Below, piece after piece: positions 22,801-34,800 of a DNA stretch of 64,000 bases. The position numbers and the translations under genes were made by a program. The stretch spans positions 42,978 through 106,977 of the forward strand of contig NIVC01001804.1 of the NCBI GenBank assembly GCA_002269645.1. Direction: 5' to 3'. This stretch comes from Macrostomum lignano (Eukaryota). The notes beneath the pieces are model-generated. The model had not been told where the DNA came from and did not search any database. It saw nothing but the letters and a program-made list of their open reading frames with translations. The stretch's first letter is position 1. Each line of letters starts with the position of its first letter.

Positions 22801-25800
22801 GCTGACTGGGGCAACATTGAAGCTCTCCTCCGCCGGCAACGGCGTCTCCGGCGGCAGCCTCAGATTTTCTGGAAGCGGAGGGGGCGGCGCGTTGACAATG
22901 GCGGCGAAGAACTCGCGCAGCTCGTTCCTGCGCTCATCCGGAGTGTCGCCTGCCAGGTTGAGCGCAATGCGCCGCTTTCGCCCCGTCAGAGTGTTGATGG
23001 CGGACCAGGCCACGCGCCCTCTGGCATCGGGCCCTGCGGCAGAGACGGCTTGGATGGCGTCATCGACAGCGGACTGCTGCCGCTGCAGGTAGACAGCCGC
23101 CAGAGCCTCCTCCGCCTCGCGAGTTGGCCGCCCACTCAGACGAAGCCTCTCCAGATCTTCCCTCGCTTCGTCGATCGCGGGGTCGTCCTGCCAGACCGGC
23201 TGCCCGCGCTGGGCCGGTCGCATCAGCGGGACTGCTTGCTCCGCAGCGGCTCGAACTGCAGCGCTCACCTCCGCGTACTCGGCTCCTCCACGCTTGTCGC
23301 CCAGCGCAGTGACAAAGGCACCGGCAAAGCGACGTCGCGTCTCGGCGTCTCTGAGCGCGCGGTAGTAGCGCCGCGGTGGCCGCTTTGGCGGACGGTAGAG
23401 CGGGTCCCGAAGCCGAAGGTCGCAGATGAGCAGCCGATGGTCGGACCGCAGAGCCAGCGGCGTAACCCCCCGATAGCAGGCACCCCAGATAGCAAGCATC
23501 CACCTAATAGCAAGCACCCTAAGAAAGCAAGCACCCCCAGATAGCAAGCATCTCCAGATAGCAAGCACCCCAGATAGCAAGCACCCCCAGATAGCTAGAA
23601 CCCCCAAGACAGCAAGCATCCCCCCCCCCCAGATAGCAAGCACCCCCAGATAGCACGCATATCCAGATAGCAAGCACTCCAAGATAGCAGGCACCCCAGA
23701 TAGCAAGCATCCACCTAATAGCAAGCACCCTTAGATAGCAAGCACCCCCAGATAGCACGCATCTCCAGATAGCAAGCACTCCAAGATAGTAGGCACCCCA
23801 GATAGCAAGCATCCACCTAAAAGCAAGCACCCCCAGATAGCTAGAACCCCCAAGATAGCAAGCATCCCCCCCAGATAGCAAGCACCCCGAGATAGCAAGC
23901 ACCCCCAGATAGCAAGCATCCCCAGATAGCAAGCACCCCCAGATAGCAAGCATCCAATTGATAGCAATTATCTATCTTAAATAGCAAGCATCCACCAGAC
24001 AATAAGTATCTAGTGCAACAATTTCCTTAGCTTTATAGTGGCTCCTTTATGATTGGCATGACGCTTCTTTTTACGTTTGTAATTGTCTCCATTATGACAT
24101 GGTGGCTCTTTTATGTTTGACATGGTGGCTTTTTAATGTTTGACCTGGTGGCACTTTAATGTCTGCAATGATGGCTCTTTAATGTCTGACATGGAGTCAG
24201 TTATACGCTTGACATGGTGGCTCTTTAATGTTTGACGTGGTGGCTCTTTTATGTTCGACATGGTGGCTCTTTAATGTTCGACATGGTGGCTCTTTAATGT
24301 TCGACATGGTGGCTCTTTAATGTTCGACATGGTGGCTCTTTAATGTTCGACATGGTGGCTCTTTAATGTTCGACATGGTGGCTCTTTAATGTTTGACATG
24401 CTGGCTCTTTAATCTTTGACATGGTGGCTCTTTAATGTTAGACATGGAGTCACATATATGTTTGACATGGTGGCCTTTAATGTTTGAAATGGTGCCACTT
24501 TTGTTTGACATTGTGCTTCTTTTATGTTTAGCAATTTGTGTTTTTAAGGTTTTTGAATAAAAATATCTTTTTGCACTACTAAGATTCGAATTGAGGTCGC
24601 TGCATTAGCAGTCCAGTCTGTTCGCATCTAGGCTATCTCTTGTCGATTGGAGGACATGAATAGTGGCACTTATAATTCAATTCTTATAGCAAATCTGTTA
24701 GAGTAGAAAGCTATGACATAATCAATTAGTATCAGTCTCAATTTAAGTTAGCAATATGGTTACGCAATTTAAATCAAGTCGTGTGTTCATTTCTTTGGCA
24801 CTGTTTTCAACTTGCTGTGATGCAATCTTTATCAGAATTGAAATTCAGTCAGTCAGGTTTTTCTCTAGCATTCTTACAATGCATTTCAGGTCGAAAGAGC
24901 TGCTTGACATTTGCAGAAAATCATATTTTTCGAGTATTTAATCCCTTTAATATTGATCAATTTCTTAGCCAAGATGCATGCACCATCCCAGGAAAATTTT
25001 GATCGAATGGTGCAAGTTTGAAGAGAATCGGTTGAGCCATTCTCGAAAAAATCAATTACACGCACGCACAAATACAGCGCAAAATTAGTATATAGAAAAA
25101 AAGTTTCATGATAGATTTAGTAAACAGAAACTAGCAATCTAGTGCGGCCCGGGCGCCCAATAAGCAAGGAGCAAAAATAGTTCATGGAAAACAATAAATA
25201 AAGCACATTTTCTTAGGAACCAATTCCTTCTTCACTTTTAAAAATCACCTTATTTGTGTAAAATTGTCACGGACAAAGGTGTTTGCTATGAATCACTTTT
25301 TCTCTAAAATTAACAAACAGACAACAAAATATAGCTCCCTCTAAATAGAAAATATTCCCAAGACAGCAAGCATCCCCCAGACAGCAAGCATCACCCCAGA
25401 TAGCAAGCATCCCCCAGATAGCAAGCATTACCCCAGATAGCAAGCATCACCCCAGATAGCAAGCATCACCCCAGATGGCAAGCATCACCCCAGATAGCAA
25501 GCATCTGCAGACAGCAAGCATCCCCCAGATAGAAGCATCCATCCAGATCGCAAGCATCCTGCAGATAGCAAGCATCCCCCAGATAGAAGCATCCACCCAG
25601 ATAGCAAGCATTCTGCAGATAGCAAGCATCCCCCAGATATTGTTGAAGCATCCTGAAGATAGCAAGCACCCCCCCCCCAGATATTATAGAAGCATCCACC
25701 CAGATAGCAAGCATCCTGCAGATAGCAAGAATCCCTAAATAGCAAGCATCCCTGGATAAAAAGAATCCCATACATGTAGCCAGTGCCCCCTCTCCCAAAT

Positions 25801-28800
25801 AGCAAGTACCCCCCTCTAGAGCAAGCATCCTCCAGATAGCAAGCATTCACGAGACAGCAAGTAGCTAGTGCAAATGTTACCTCCGCTAATGCAATAATCG
25901 CTTTCTCAGGTTGTGCAACAATCCACGTCTCAGCGAGCGCAATAATCTCTTTTTTAGACAGCGCAATACTAGATCAATAGCCCTTTCTAATCTAGTGCAA
26001 AAATCTTTGGCTTATCAAGTGCAATATTCCTTGGTTTATCTGGTGCAATATTCCTTATTATCAAAGTGCAATAATCCTTGGTTTATCAAGTGCAGTAATC
26101 CTTGGCTTATCAAGTGCAATAATCCTTGGTTTATCAAGTGCAATAATCCTTTGTTTATCAAGTGCAATAATCCTTGGTTTATCAAGTGCAATAATCCTTG
26201 GTTTATCAAGCGCAGTAATCCTTGGTTTATCAAGTGCAATAATCCTTGGTTTATGAAGTGCAATAATCCTTGGTTTAGCAAGCGCCATAATCCTGGTCTT
26301 TTTAGTTAGTCGTGTAAAAAATGTTTTCAATAAAAAATTATGCTACTTTTTTAATACACTCCTAAGATTCGAACCCAGGTCGCTGCATTAGCACGTGTTC
26401 ACGTGTAGGCTAGCTCTCATTGGAATTTATAGATGAATTTGTAGCACTTATAATTCAACACTCACACCAAGTCAATTGAGTAAAAGTCACACGAAGCAGT
26501 TATGACATAATCTATTTCTTAGGCAAGTCAGTACCAGTCTCTATTAAAGTTAGCAATATGGTTACGCAATAAAAATGAAGTCTTGTGCTATGCTTCCACA
26601 CTGCGTTTTCAATACTGTGACGCAATTCAGTTCAGTTTCAAAATTCAGCCAGTACAAAGACGATAAATAAAAAGCCTATTGTGATGATGCAATCCATTTC
26701 AGAATCAGAATTTAACCAGTCAGTTTTTTCTCTAGCATTCTTACAATGCATTTCAAGTCGAAAGAGCTGCTTGACCTTTGCAAGAAAGCATGTTTTTCGA
26801 ATATTTAATCCCTTTAGCATCAAGCAATTTCTTAGCCACGATGCATGTACCGTCACGGAAAAATTTCTGATTGAACAGTGCATGTTCGAAGAAAATCGGT
26901 TGAGCCGTTTTTTTAAAGTCGATCACACACACACACACACATATACATATACTGACAGACCATTTTTAGTATATGGACTAGCAATCTTCGCCCCCCGATG
27001 GGGGACATCTGGATAGAATCCTTGTTCTTTACAAATAACAAATAGACAGCGAAATAAAGCCTTCATAAAAAACAACCTCTAAAAAGTGACATTCTCAACT
27101 GACATTCCCTCTAAAAACAAAACATCCCAATACAGCAAGCATCCTCAGACAGCATTCAAGTATCGATCCCCAAATAGCGAAATCCTCCAGACTGCAAGCA
27201 AGCATCTCCCAGATAGCAAGCATCCCCCCGATAGCAAGCAACCCCAGATAGCAAGCATCCCCCAGATAGCAAGCATCCCCCATATCCCAGATAGTAAGCA
27301 TCCCCCAGACTGCAAGCAACCCCTGATAGCAAGAATCCCCCAGATAGCAAGCATCCCCCAGATAGCAAGCATCCCCCAGATAGCAAGCATCCCCCATATC
27401 CCAGATAGTAAGCATCCCCCAGACTGCAAGCAACCCCTGATAGCAAGAATCCCCCAGATAGCAAGCATCCTCCAGACCGCAAGCAACCCCAGATAGCAAG
27501 CATTAACCTGGATACAAAGAGACCTTATAGATATCTAGCAACCCCCTCTTAGATAGCAAGTACCCTCCACCCCCCAAGAGCAAGCATCCCCCAGACCGCA
27601 AGCAACCCCAGATAGCAAGCATTAACCTGGATACAAAGAGACCTTATAGATATCTAGCAACCTCCTCTTAGATAGCAAGTACCCTCCACCCCCCAAGAGC
27701 AAGCATCTTCCAATAGCAAGTTACCCCAGTAGCAAGCATCCTTCCGATAGCAAGCATCCCCCCGATAGCAAGCAACCCCAGATAGCAAGCATCCCCCAGA
27801 TAGCAAGCATCCCCCATATCCCAGATAGTAAGCATCCCCCAGACTGCAAGCAACCCCTGATAGCAAGAATCCCCCAGATAGCAAGCATCCCCCAGATAGC
27901 AAGCATCCCCCAGATAGCAAGCATCCCCCATATCCCAGATAGTAAGCATCCCCCAGACTGCAAGCAACCCCTGATAGCAAGAATCCCCCAGATAGCAAGC
28001 ATCCTCCAGACCGCAAGCAACCCCAGATAGCAAGCATTAACCTGGATACAAAGAGACCTTATAGATATCTAGCAACCCCCTCTTAGATAGCAAGTACCCT
28101 CCACCCCCCAAGAGCAAGCATCCCCCAGACCGCAAGCAACCCCAGATAGCAAGCATTAACCTGGATACAAAGAGACCTTATAGATATCTAGCAACCTCCT
28201 CTTAGATAGCAAGTACCCTCCACCCCCCAAGAGCAAGCATCTTCCAATAGCAAGTTACCCCAGTAGCAAGCATCCTTCCGATAGCAAGCATCCCCTTGAT
28301 AGCAAATATCCATCCTTAAATAGCAAGCATCCACCAGAGAAAGTAGCTAGTGCAACAATTTCCTTAGCTTTATAGTGGCTCCATTTTGTTTGGCATGACA
28401 CTTCTTTTATGTTTGAAACGGTGTCTCTTTTATGTTTAAAAAGGTGGCTCTTTAATGTTGACATAGTGGCTCTTCTATGATTACCATGGCGGCCCTTTTA
28501 CGTTTGAAATGTTGTCTCTGTTATGTTTGACATGGTGGCTCTTCTATGTTTGACATGGTGTCTCTTCTTTGTTTGACATGGTGGCTCTTTTATGTTTGAC
28601 ATGCAGTCACATATATGTTTGACATGATGGCGCTTTAATGTTTGACATGGAGTCACGTATATGTTTGACAATGTGGCTCTTTAATGTTTTACATGGTGGC
28701 TCTTTTATGATCGACATGGTGGCTCTTTTATGTTCGACATGGTGGCTCTTTATTGTTTGACATGGTTGCTCTTTAATGTTCGACATGGTGGCTCTTTATT

Positions 28801-31800
28801 GATTGACATAAAGTCACATATATGTTTTACATGGTGCTTCTTTTATGTTTTGCATGGTGGCTCTTTTATGTTTGACATGGTGGGTCTTTTATGTTTGACA
28901 TGGTGGCTCTATAATGTTAGACATGGTGGTCCTTTTATGCTTGACATGGTGGCTCTTTAATATTTGACATGGTGGCTCTTTTATGTTTGACATGATGGCT
29001 CTTTAATGTTCGACATGGTGGATCTATAATGTTAGACATGGTGGCTTTTTAATGTTCGACATGGTGCCTCTTTAATGTTCGACATTGTGGCTTTTTAATG
29101 TTTGACATTGTGGCTCTTTAATGTTTGACATGGTGGCTCTTTTATGTTCGACATGGTGGCTCTTTACTGTTTGACATGGTCATGGAGTCACAAATATGTT
29201 TGACATGGTGGCTCTTTTATGTTTGACATGATGGCTCTTTAATGTTTGACATGGTGGCTCTTTTATGTTCTTCATGGTGGCTCTTTTATGTTTGACATGG
29301 AGTCACGAATAAACTTGACATGGTGACTCGTTAATGTTAGACATGGTGGCTCTTTAATGTTTGACCTGGTGGCAGCTTAACGTAATGATGGCTCTTTAAT
29401 GTTTGACATGGTGGCTCTTTAATATTTGACATGGTGGCCCTTTAATGTTCGACATGGTGGCTCTTTAATGTTAGACATGGTCGCTCTTTAATTTTTGACA
29501 TGGTGGCTCTTTAATGTTCGACATAGTGGTCCTTTTATGCTTGACATGGTGGCTCTTTAATATTTGACATGGTGGCTCTTTTATGTTTGACATGATGGCT
29601 CTTTAATGTTCTACATGGTGGCTCTTTAATGTTTGGCATGATGGCTTTTTGATGTTTGACATGGAGTCACGAATATACTTGACATGGTGACTCAATAATG
29701 TTAGACATGGTGGCTCTTTAATGTTAGACATGGTCGCTCTTTAATTTTTGACATGGTGGCTCTTTAATGTTCGACATAGTGGTCCTTTTATGCTTGACAT
29801 GGTGGCTCTTTAATATTTGACATGGTGGCTCTTTAATGTTAGACATGGTGGTTCTTTAATGTTCGACATGGTGGCTCTTTAATGTTTGACATTGTGGCTC
29901 TTTAATGTTCGACATGGTGGCTCTTTAATGTTCGACCTGGTGGCTCTTTAATGTTCGACATGGTGGCTCTTTACTGTTTGACATGGTGGCTCTTTAATTT
30001 TTGACATGGTGGCTCTTTAATGTTCGACATGGTGCCTCTTTAATGTTTGACATGGTGGTCGTTTTATGTTTGACATGGTGGCTCTTTTATGCTTGACATG
30101 ATGGCTCTTTAATGTTTGACATGAAGTCACATATAAGTTGGACATGGTGGCTCTTTAATGTTTCACATTGTTGTTTTTTGTGTTTAGCATTTAGTGTTTT
30201 TAAGGTTTTTTAATAAAAAAATCTTTTTGCATTACTAAGATTCGAACCCAGGCTGCTATATTAGCAGTCCAGTCTGTTCGCATCGAGGCTATCTCTTTTC
30301 AATTGGAGAACGTGATTTGTGGCCCTTATAATTCAATACTTACAGCAAGTTGGTTAGAGTAAAAAGTTATGACATAATCAATTTCTCAGTCAGCCTACTG
30401 TCAGTCTCAATTTAAGTTAGCAATATGGTTACGCAATTTCAATCAAGTCTTGTGCGCATTTCTTCGGCACTGTTTTCAACTTGTTGTGATGTAATTTTTA
30501 TCACAATCGGAATTCAGCCAGTCAGTGTTTTTTCTTGCATTCTTCCAATGCATTTCAAGTCGAAAATTTTGCTTGAAGTTTGCAAAAAAGCATGTTTTTC
30601 GAATATTTAATCCCTTTAATATTGAGCAATTTCTTAGCCAAGATGCATGTACCGTCCCAGGAAAATTTCTGATCGAATGGTGCAAGTTTGAAGAAAATCG
30701 GTTGAGCCAATTTTTCTGAAATCTATCGCATACCTACCTACCTACCCACATACAGACAACTCATTTTTAGTATATAAGACTAGCAATCTTTGCCCCCCGA
30801 TGGGGGACATCTGGATAGAATCCTTGTTCTTTACAAATAACAAATAGACAGTGAAATAAAGCCTTCATAAAAACAACAGACATTCCCTCTTAAAAACAAA
30901 ACATCCCAAGACAGCAAGCATCCCCAGACAGCAGCATTCAAGCATCGATCCCCAAATAGCAAGCATCCCCCAGATAGCAAGCATCCCCCCGATAGCAAGC
31001 AACCCCAGATAGCAAGCATCCCAGATAGCAAGCATTCCCCCAGACCCCAGATAGTAAGCATCCCCCAGATAGCAAGCACCCCCAGATAGCAAGCAACCCC
31101 AGATAGCAAGCATCCCAGATAGCAAGCATTCCCCCAGACCCCAGATAGTAAGCATCCCCCAGATAGCAAGCATCCCGCAGATAGCAAGCATCCCCCAGAT
31201 AGCAAGCATCCCCCAGATCGCAAGCATCCCCCAGATCGCAAGCATCCCCCAGATAGCAAGCATCCCCCAGATAGCAAGCATTCCGCTAGACCCCAGCTAG
31301 TAAGCATCCCCCAGATAGCAAGCATTCCCCCAGACCCCAGATAGTAAGCATCCCCCAGATAACAAGCATCCCGCAGATAGCAAGCATCCCCCAGACAGCA
31401 AGCATCCCCCAGACAGTAAGCATCCCCCAGATAGCAAGCATCCCGCAGATAGCAAGCATCCCCCAGATAGCAAGCATCCCCCAGATCGCAAGCATCCCCC
31501 AGATCGCAAGCATCCCCCAGATAGCAAGCATCCCCCAGATAGCAAGCATTCCGCTAGACCCCAGCTAGTAAGCATCCCCCAGATAGCAAGCATCCCGCAG
31601 ATAGCAAGCATCCCCCAGATAGCAAGCATCCCCCAGATCGCAAGTATCCCAGAGACAGCAAGCAACCCCTGATAGAAAGCATAACCTGGATACAAAGAGA
31701 CATTATAGATATCTAGCAAACCCCTCTCAGATAGCAAGTACTCCCCACCCCCAAGAGCAAGCATCCCCCTGATAGCAAGTATCCATCCTTAAATAGCAAG

Positions 31801-34800
31801 CATCCACCAGGGAACAAGTAGCTAGTGCAACAATTTACTTAGCTTTATAATGGTTCTATTTTGTTTGGCATGACAATTCTTTTATGTTTGAAATGGTGTC
31901 TCTTTTTGTTTAAAAAGGTGGCTCTTTAATGTTTGACATGGTAGCTCTTTTGTGTTTGACATGGTAGCTCTTTAATGTTTGACATAGTTGGCTCTTTTAT
32001 GTTCGACATGGTGGCTCTTCTATGTTTGACAAGGCGGCCCTTTTTCATTTGAATTGGTGTCTTTTATATGTCTGCCATGGTGGCTCTTTTATGTTTGACA
32101 TGGAGTTACTTATATGTTTGACATAATGCCTCTTTTATGTTTGACACGAGGGCTCTTTTATGTTTGACATGATACCTCTTTTATGTCTGACATGGGGTAG
32201 CTCTTTTATGTTCGACGTGGTAGCTCTTTAATGTCTGACATGGTGGCTCTCTTATGTTTCGCAAGGTGGGTCTTTTATGTTTAACATGGTGGCTCTTCCA
32301 TGTTTGACATGGTGGCTCTTTAATGTATGGCATGATAGCTTTTTAATGTTTGACATGGTGGCTCTCTTATGTTTGACATGAAGTAACGTATATGTTTGAC
32401 ATGGTGGCTTTTTAATGTTTTACATGGTGTCTCTTTAATGTTTGACATGGTGGTTCTTTAATGTTTGACATGAAGTAACGTATATGTTTGACATGGTGGC
32501 TCTTTTATGTTTGACATGGTGGCTCTTTAATGTTTGACATGGTGACTCTTTAATATTTGACATGGTGGCTCTATAATGTTTGACATGGTGGCTCTTTAAT
32601 GTTCGACAGGGTGGCTCTATAATGTTTGATATGATGGCTCTTTAATGTTCGACATGGTGGCTCTTTAATGTTTGACATGATGGCTCTTTAATGTTTGACA
32701 TGAAGTCACAAATATGTTGGACATGGTGGCTCTTTAATGTTTGACATGGTGGCTCTTTAATGTTCGACATGGTGGCTCTTTAATGTTTGACATGGTGGCT
32801 CTTTAATGTTTGACATGGTGGCTCTTTAATGTTTGACATGATTGCTCTTTAATGTTCGACATGGTGGCGCTTTTATGTTTGACATGATGGCTCTTTAATG
32901 TTTGACATGAAGTCACATATATGTTGGACATGGTGGCTCTTTAATGTTTGACATTGTGCTTTTTTTGTGTTTAGCATTTTGTGTTTTTAAGGTTTTTGAA
33001 TAAAAAAAATCTTTTTGCACTACTAAGATTCGAACCCAGGTCGCTGCATTAGCAGTCCAGTCTTTTCGCATCTATGCTATCTCTTTTCAATTGGAGATCA
33101 TGAATTGTGGCCCTTATAATTAAATTCTTATTGCAAATCGGTTAGAGTTAAAAGTTATGACATAATCAATTTCCCAGTCAGCCATTATCAGTGTCAATTT
33201 AAGTTAGCAATATGGTTACGCAATTTAAATCAAGTCGTGTGTTCATTTCTTTGGCACTGTTTTCAACTTGCTGTGATGCAATCTTTATCAGAATTGAAAT
33301 TCAGTCAGTCAGGTTTTTCTCTAGCATTCTTACAATGCATTTCAGGTCGAAAGAGCTGCTTGACCTTTGCAAAAAAGCATGTTTTTCGAATATTTAATCC
33401 CTTTAACATTGATCAATTTCTTAGCCAAGATGCAAGCACCATCCCAGGAAAATTTCTGATCGAATGGTGCAAGTTTGAAGAAAATCGGTTGAGCCATTTT
33501 TTCTGAAATCTATCGCATACCTACCTACTTACCTACCCACAGACAACTCATTTTTACACATTTTTAGTATATAGGACTAGCCATTTAGCCCCCTCCGGGT
33601 GGCTTCTTAGCAATTTAGCGCTTGTCTACTATAAGCAAATTTGCACAGTTGCTGAGCAAATGCCACTTATGTCCAAGCAGTTCTACAGTAGCAAATCTCT
33701 AAGTAGTTTTACACCAATTTTACTGAGACTAAAAAAGCTCTAAAAAAGTTACATTTCTCAATGTTTGCAACTTTGAAACTTCAATTCATTTATAGCTTTT
33801 TTTAGCATAATTCGTTATTTTATTTCATGAGTTAGTCTTGTTATTAATAGCATTATTGATTGATTGAATTTAGCTATATAGCAATATTATTGAATTTTGC
33901 AATAATTGAGCGAAAAAACTGACACGAGGACTACCATCAGATTTGCTCTACTCTCCCCAGTTTAGCATCACTCCCCCTGATTAGCAGCATTCCTCACCAG
34001 ATTAGCCCTACTCCGTCAGATTAGCACCACTCTCCCAGATTAGCACTTCGAAAAGATTAGCCCTACTCCCCCCTAATTAGTATTACTCCTCTCCAGATTA
34101 GCAATTCTCCTCTCGAGATTAGCACTATTCCTCCCAGATTAAGACTACTCCTCCAGATAAGCAATACTCTTCTGATATTAGCCCCATGCCCCCCACCAAT
34201 TAGCACTGCGCCCAGATAAACACTCTGCCGAGATTAACACTCTGCCCAGATTAGCACTACTTCCACAGATTAGCACCACTCCCCAAAAATTTGCACAACT
34301 TCCCAAAAATTAGCACCGTTTTATACAAAATTAGCACCGCTCCCCAGATTAGCACCGCTCCTCAGATTAGCATCACTGAGCCCCCAGACTTCCCCCCTGA
34401 TTAGCACCACTACCCCTATATTAGCACTCCGCCCAGATTAGCAACACTTTGCCAAGATTAGCACTACTCCTCCATTTTTGCACCACTCACTACCCCTAAA
34501 TTAGTAATGCTCTCTGCAAATTAGCACATAGTCACAGTAGATTGGCAATGCTCTAGAAGATTAATGCAGTCCCAGAATAATATCATTAAATGAAAATTTC
34601 TAAATTTCTAAATTACAGCTTCAGCTTTTCAGCCTCAATGCAGACTCCAATTGCCGACCAGCTGCTTTGCCTCTACTACAGCTATTTTCGAAGAGAAGCC
34701 TATACTGTTCCCTTCAGAATTCTCATTCATCCCCAGCATTCTGCAGTTCTTCTCTCGGCTGGCTCCTCAGTCTCAGCGAACTTGCAATGATCCTTTCAAC

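Noticed and set aside
22127-23544. Long plus-strand ORFs (321 and 320 aa) and other antisense ORFs over ankyrin, caspase and UTP6 exons
   Set aside because: They are shadow frames of GC-rich coding sequence and carry no independent motifs.
28420-30170. CRISPR-like array of 23-bp repeats (also the 32-bp and 34-bp arrays)
   Set aside because: The units are contiguous with no unique spacers, there are no cas genes, and the context is eukaryotic.
23500-31800. Many ORFs made of GMLAIW, GGCLLS or KCNNPWFI repeats
   Set aside because: They are translations of 18- and 24-bp satellites whose unit length is a multiple of three. The N-terminal part of the 806-aa RT ORF is the same artefact.
33027-33082. 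Functional tRNA gene
   Set aside because: No complete cloverleaf or acceptor stem is visible, and it recurs at a fixed position in a transposon. Kept only as a tRNA-like remnant.
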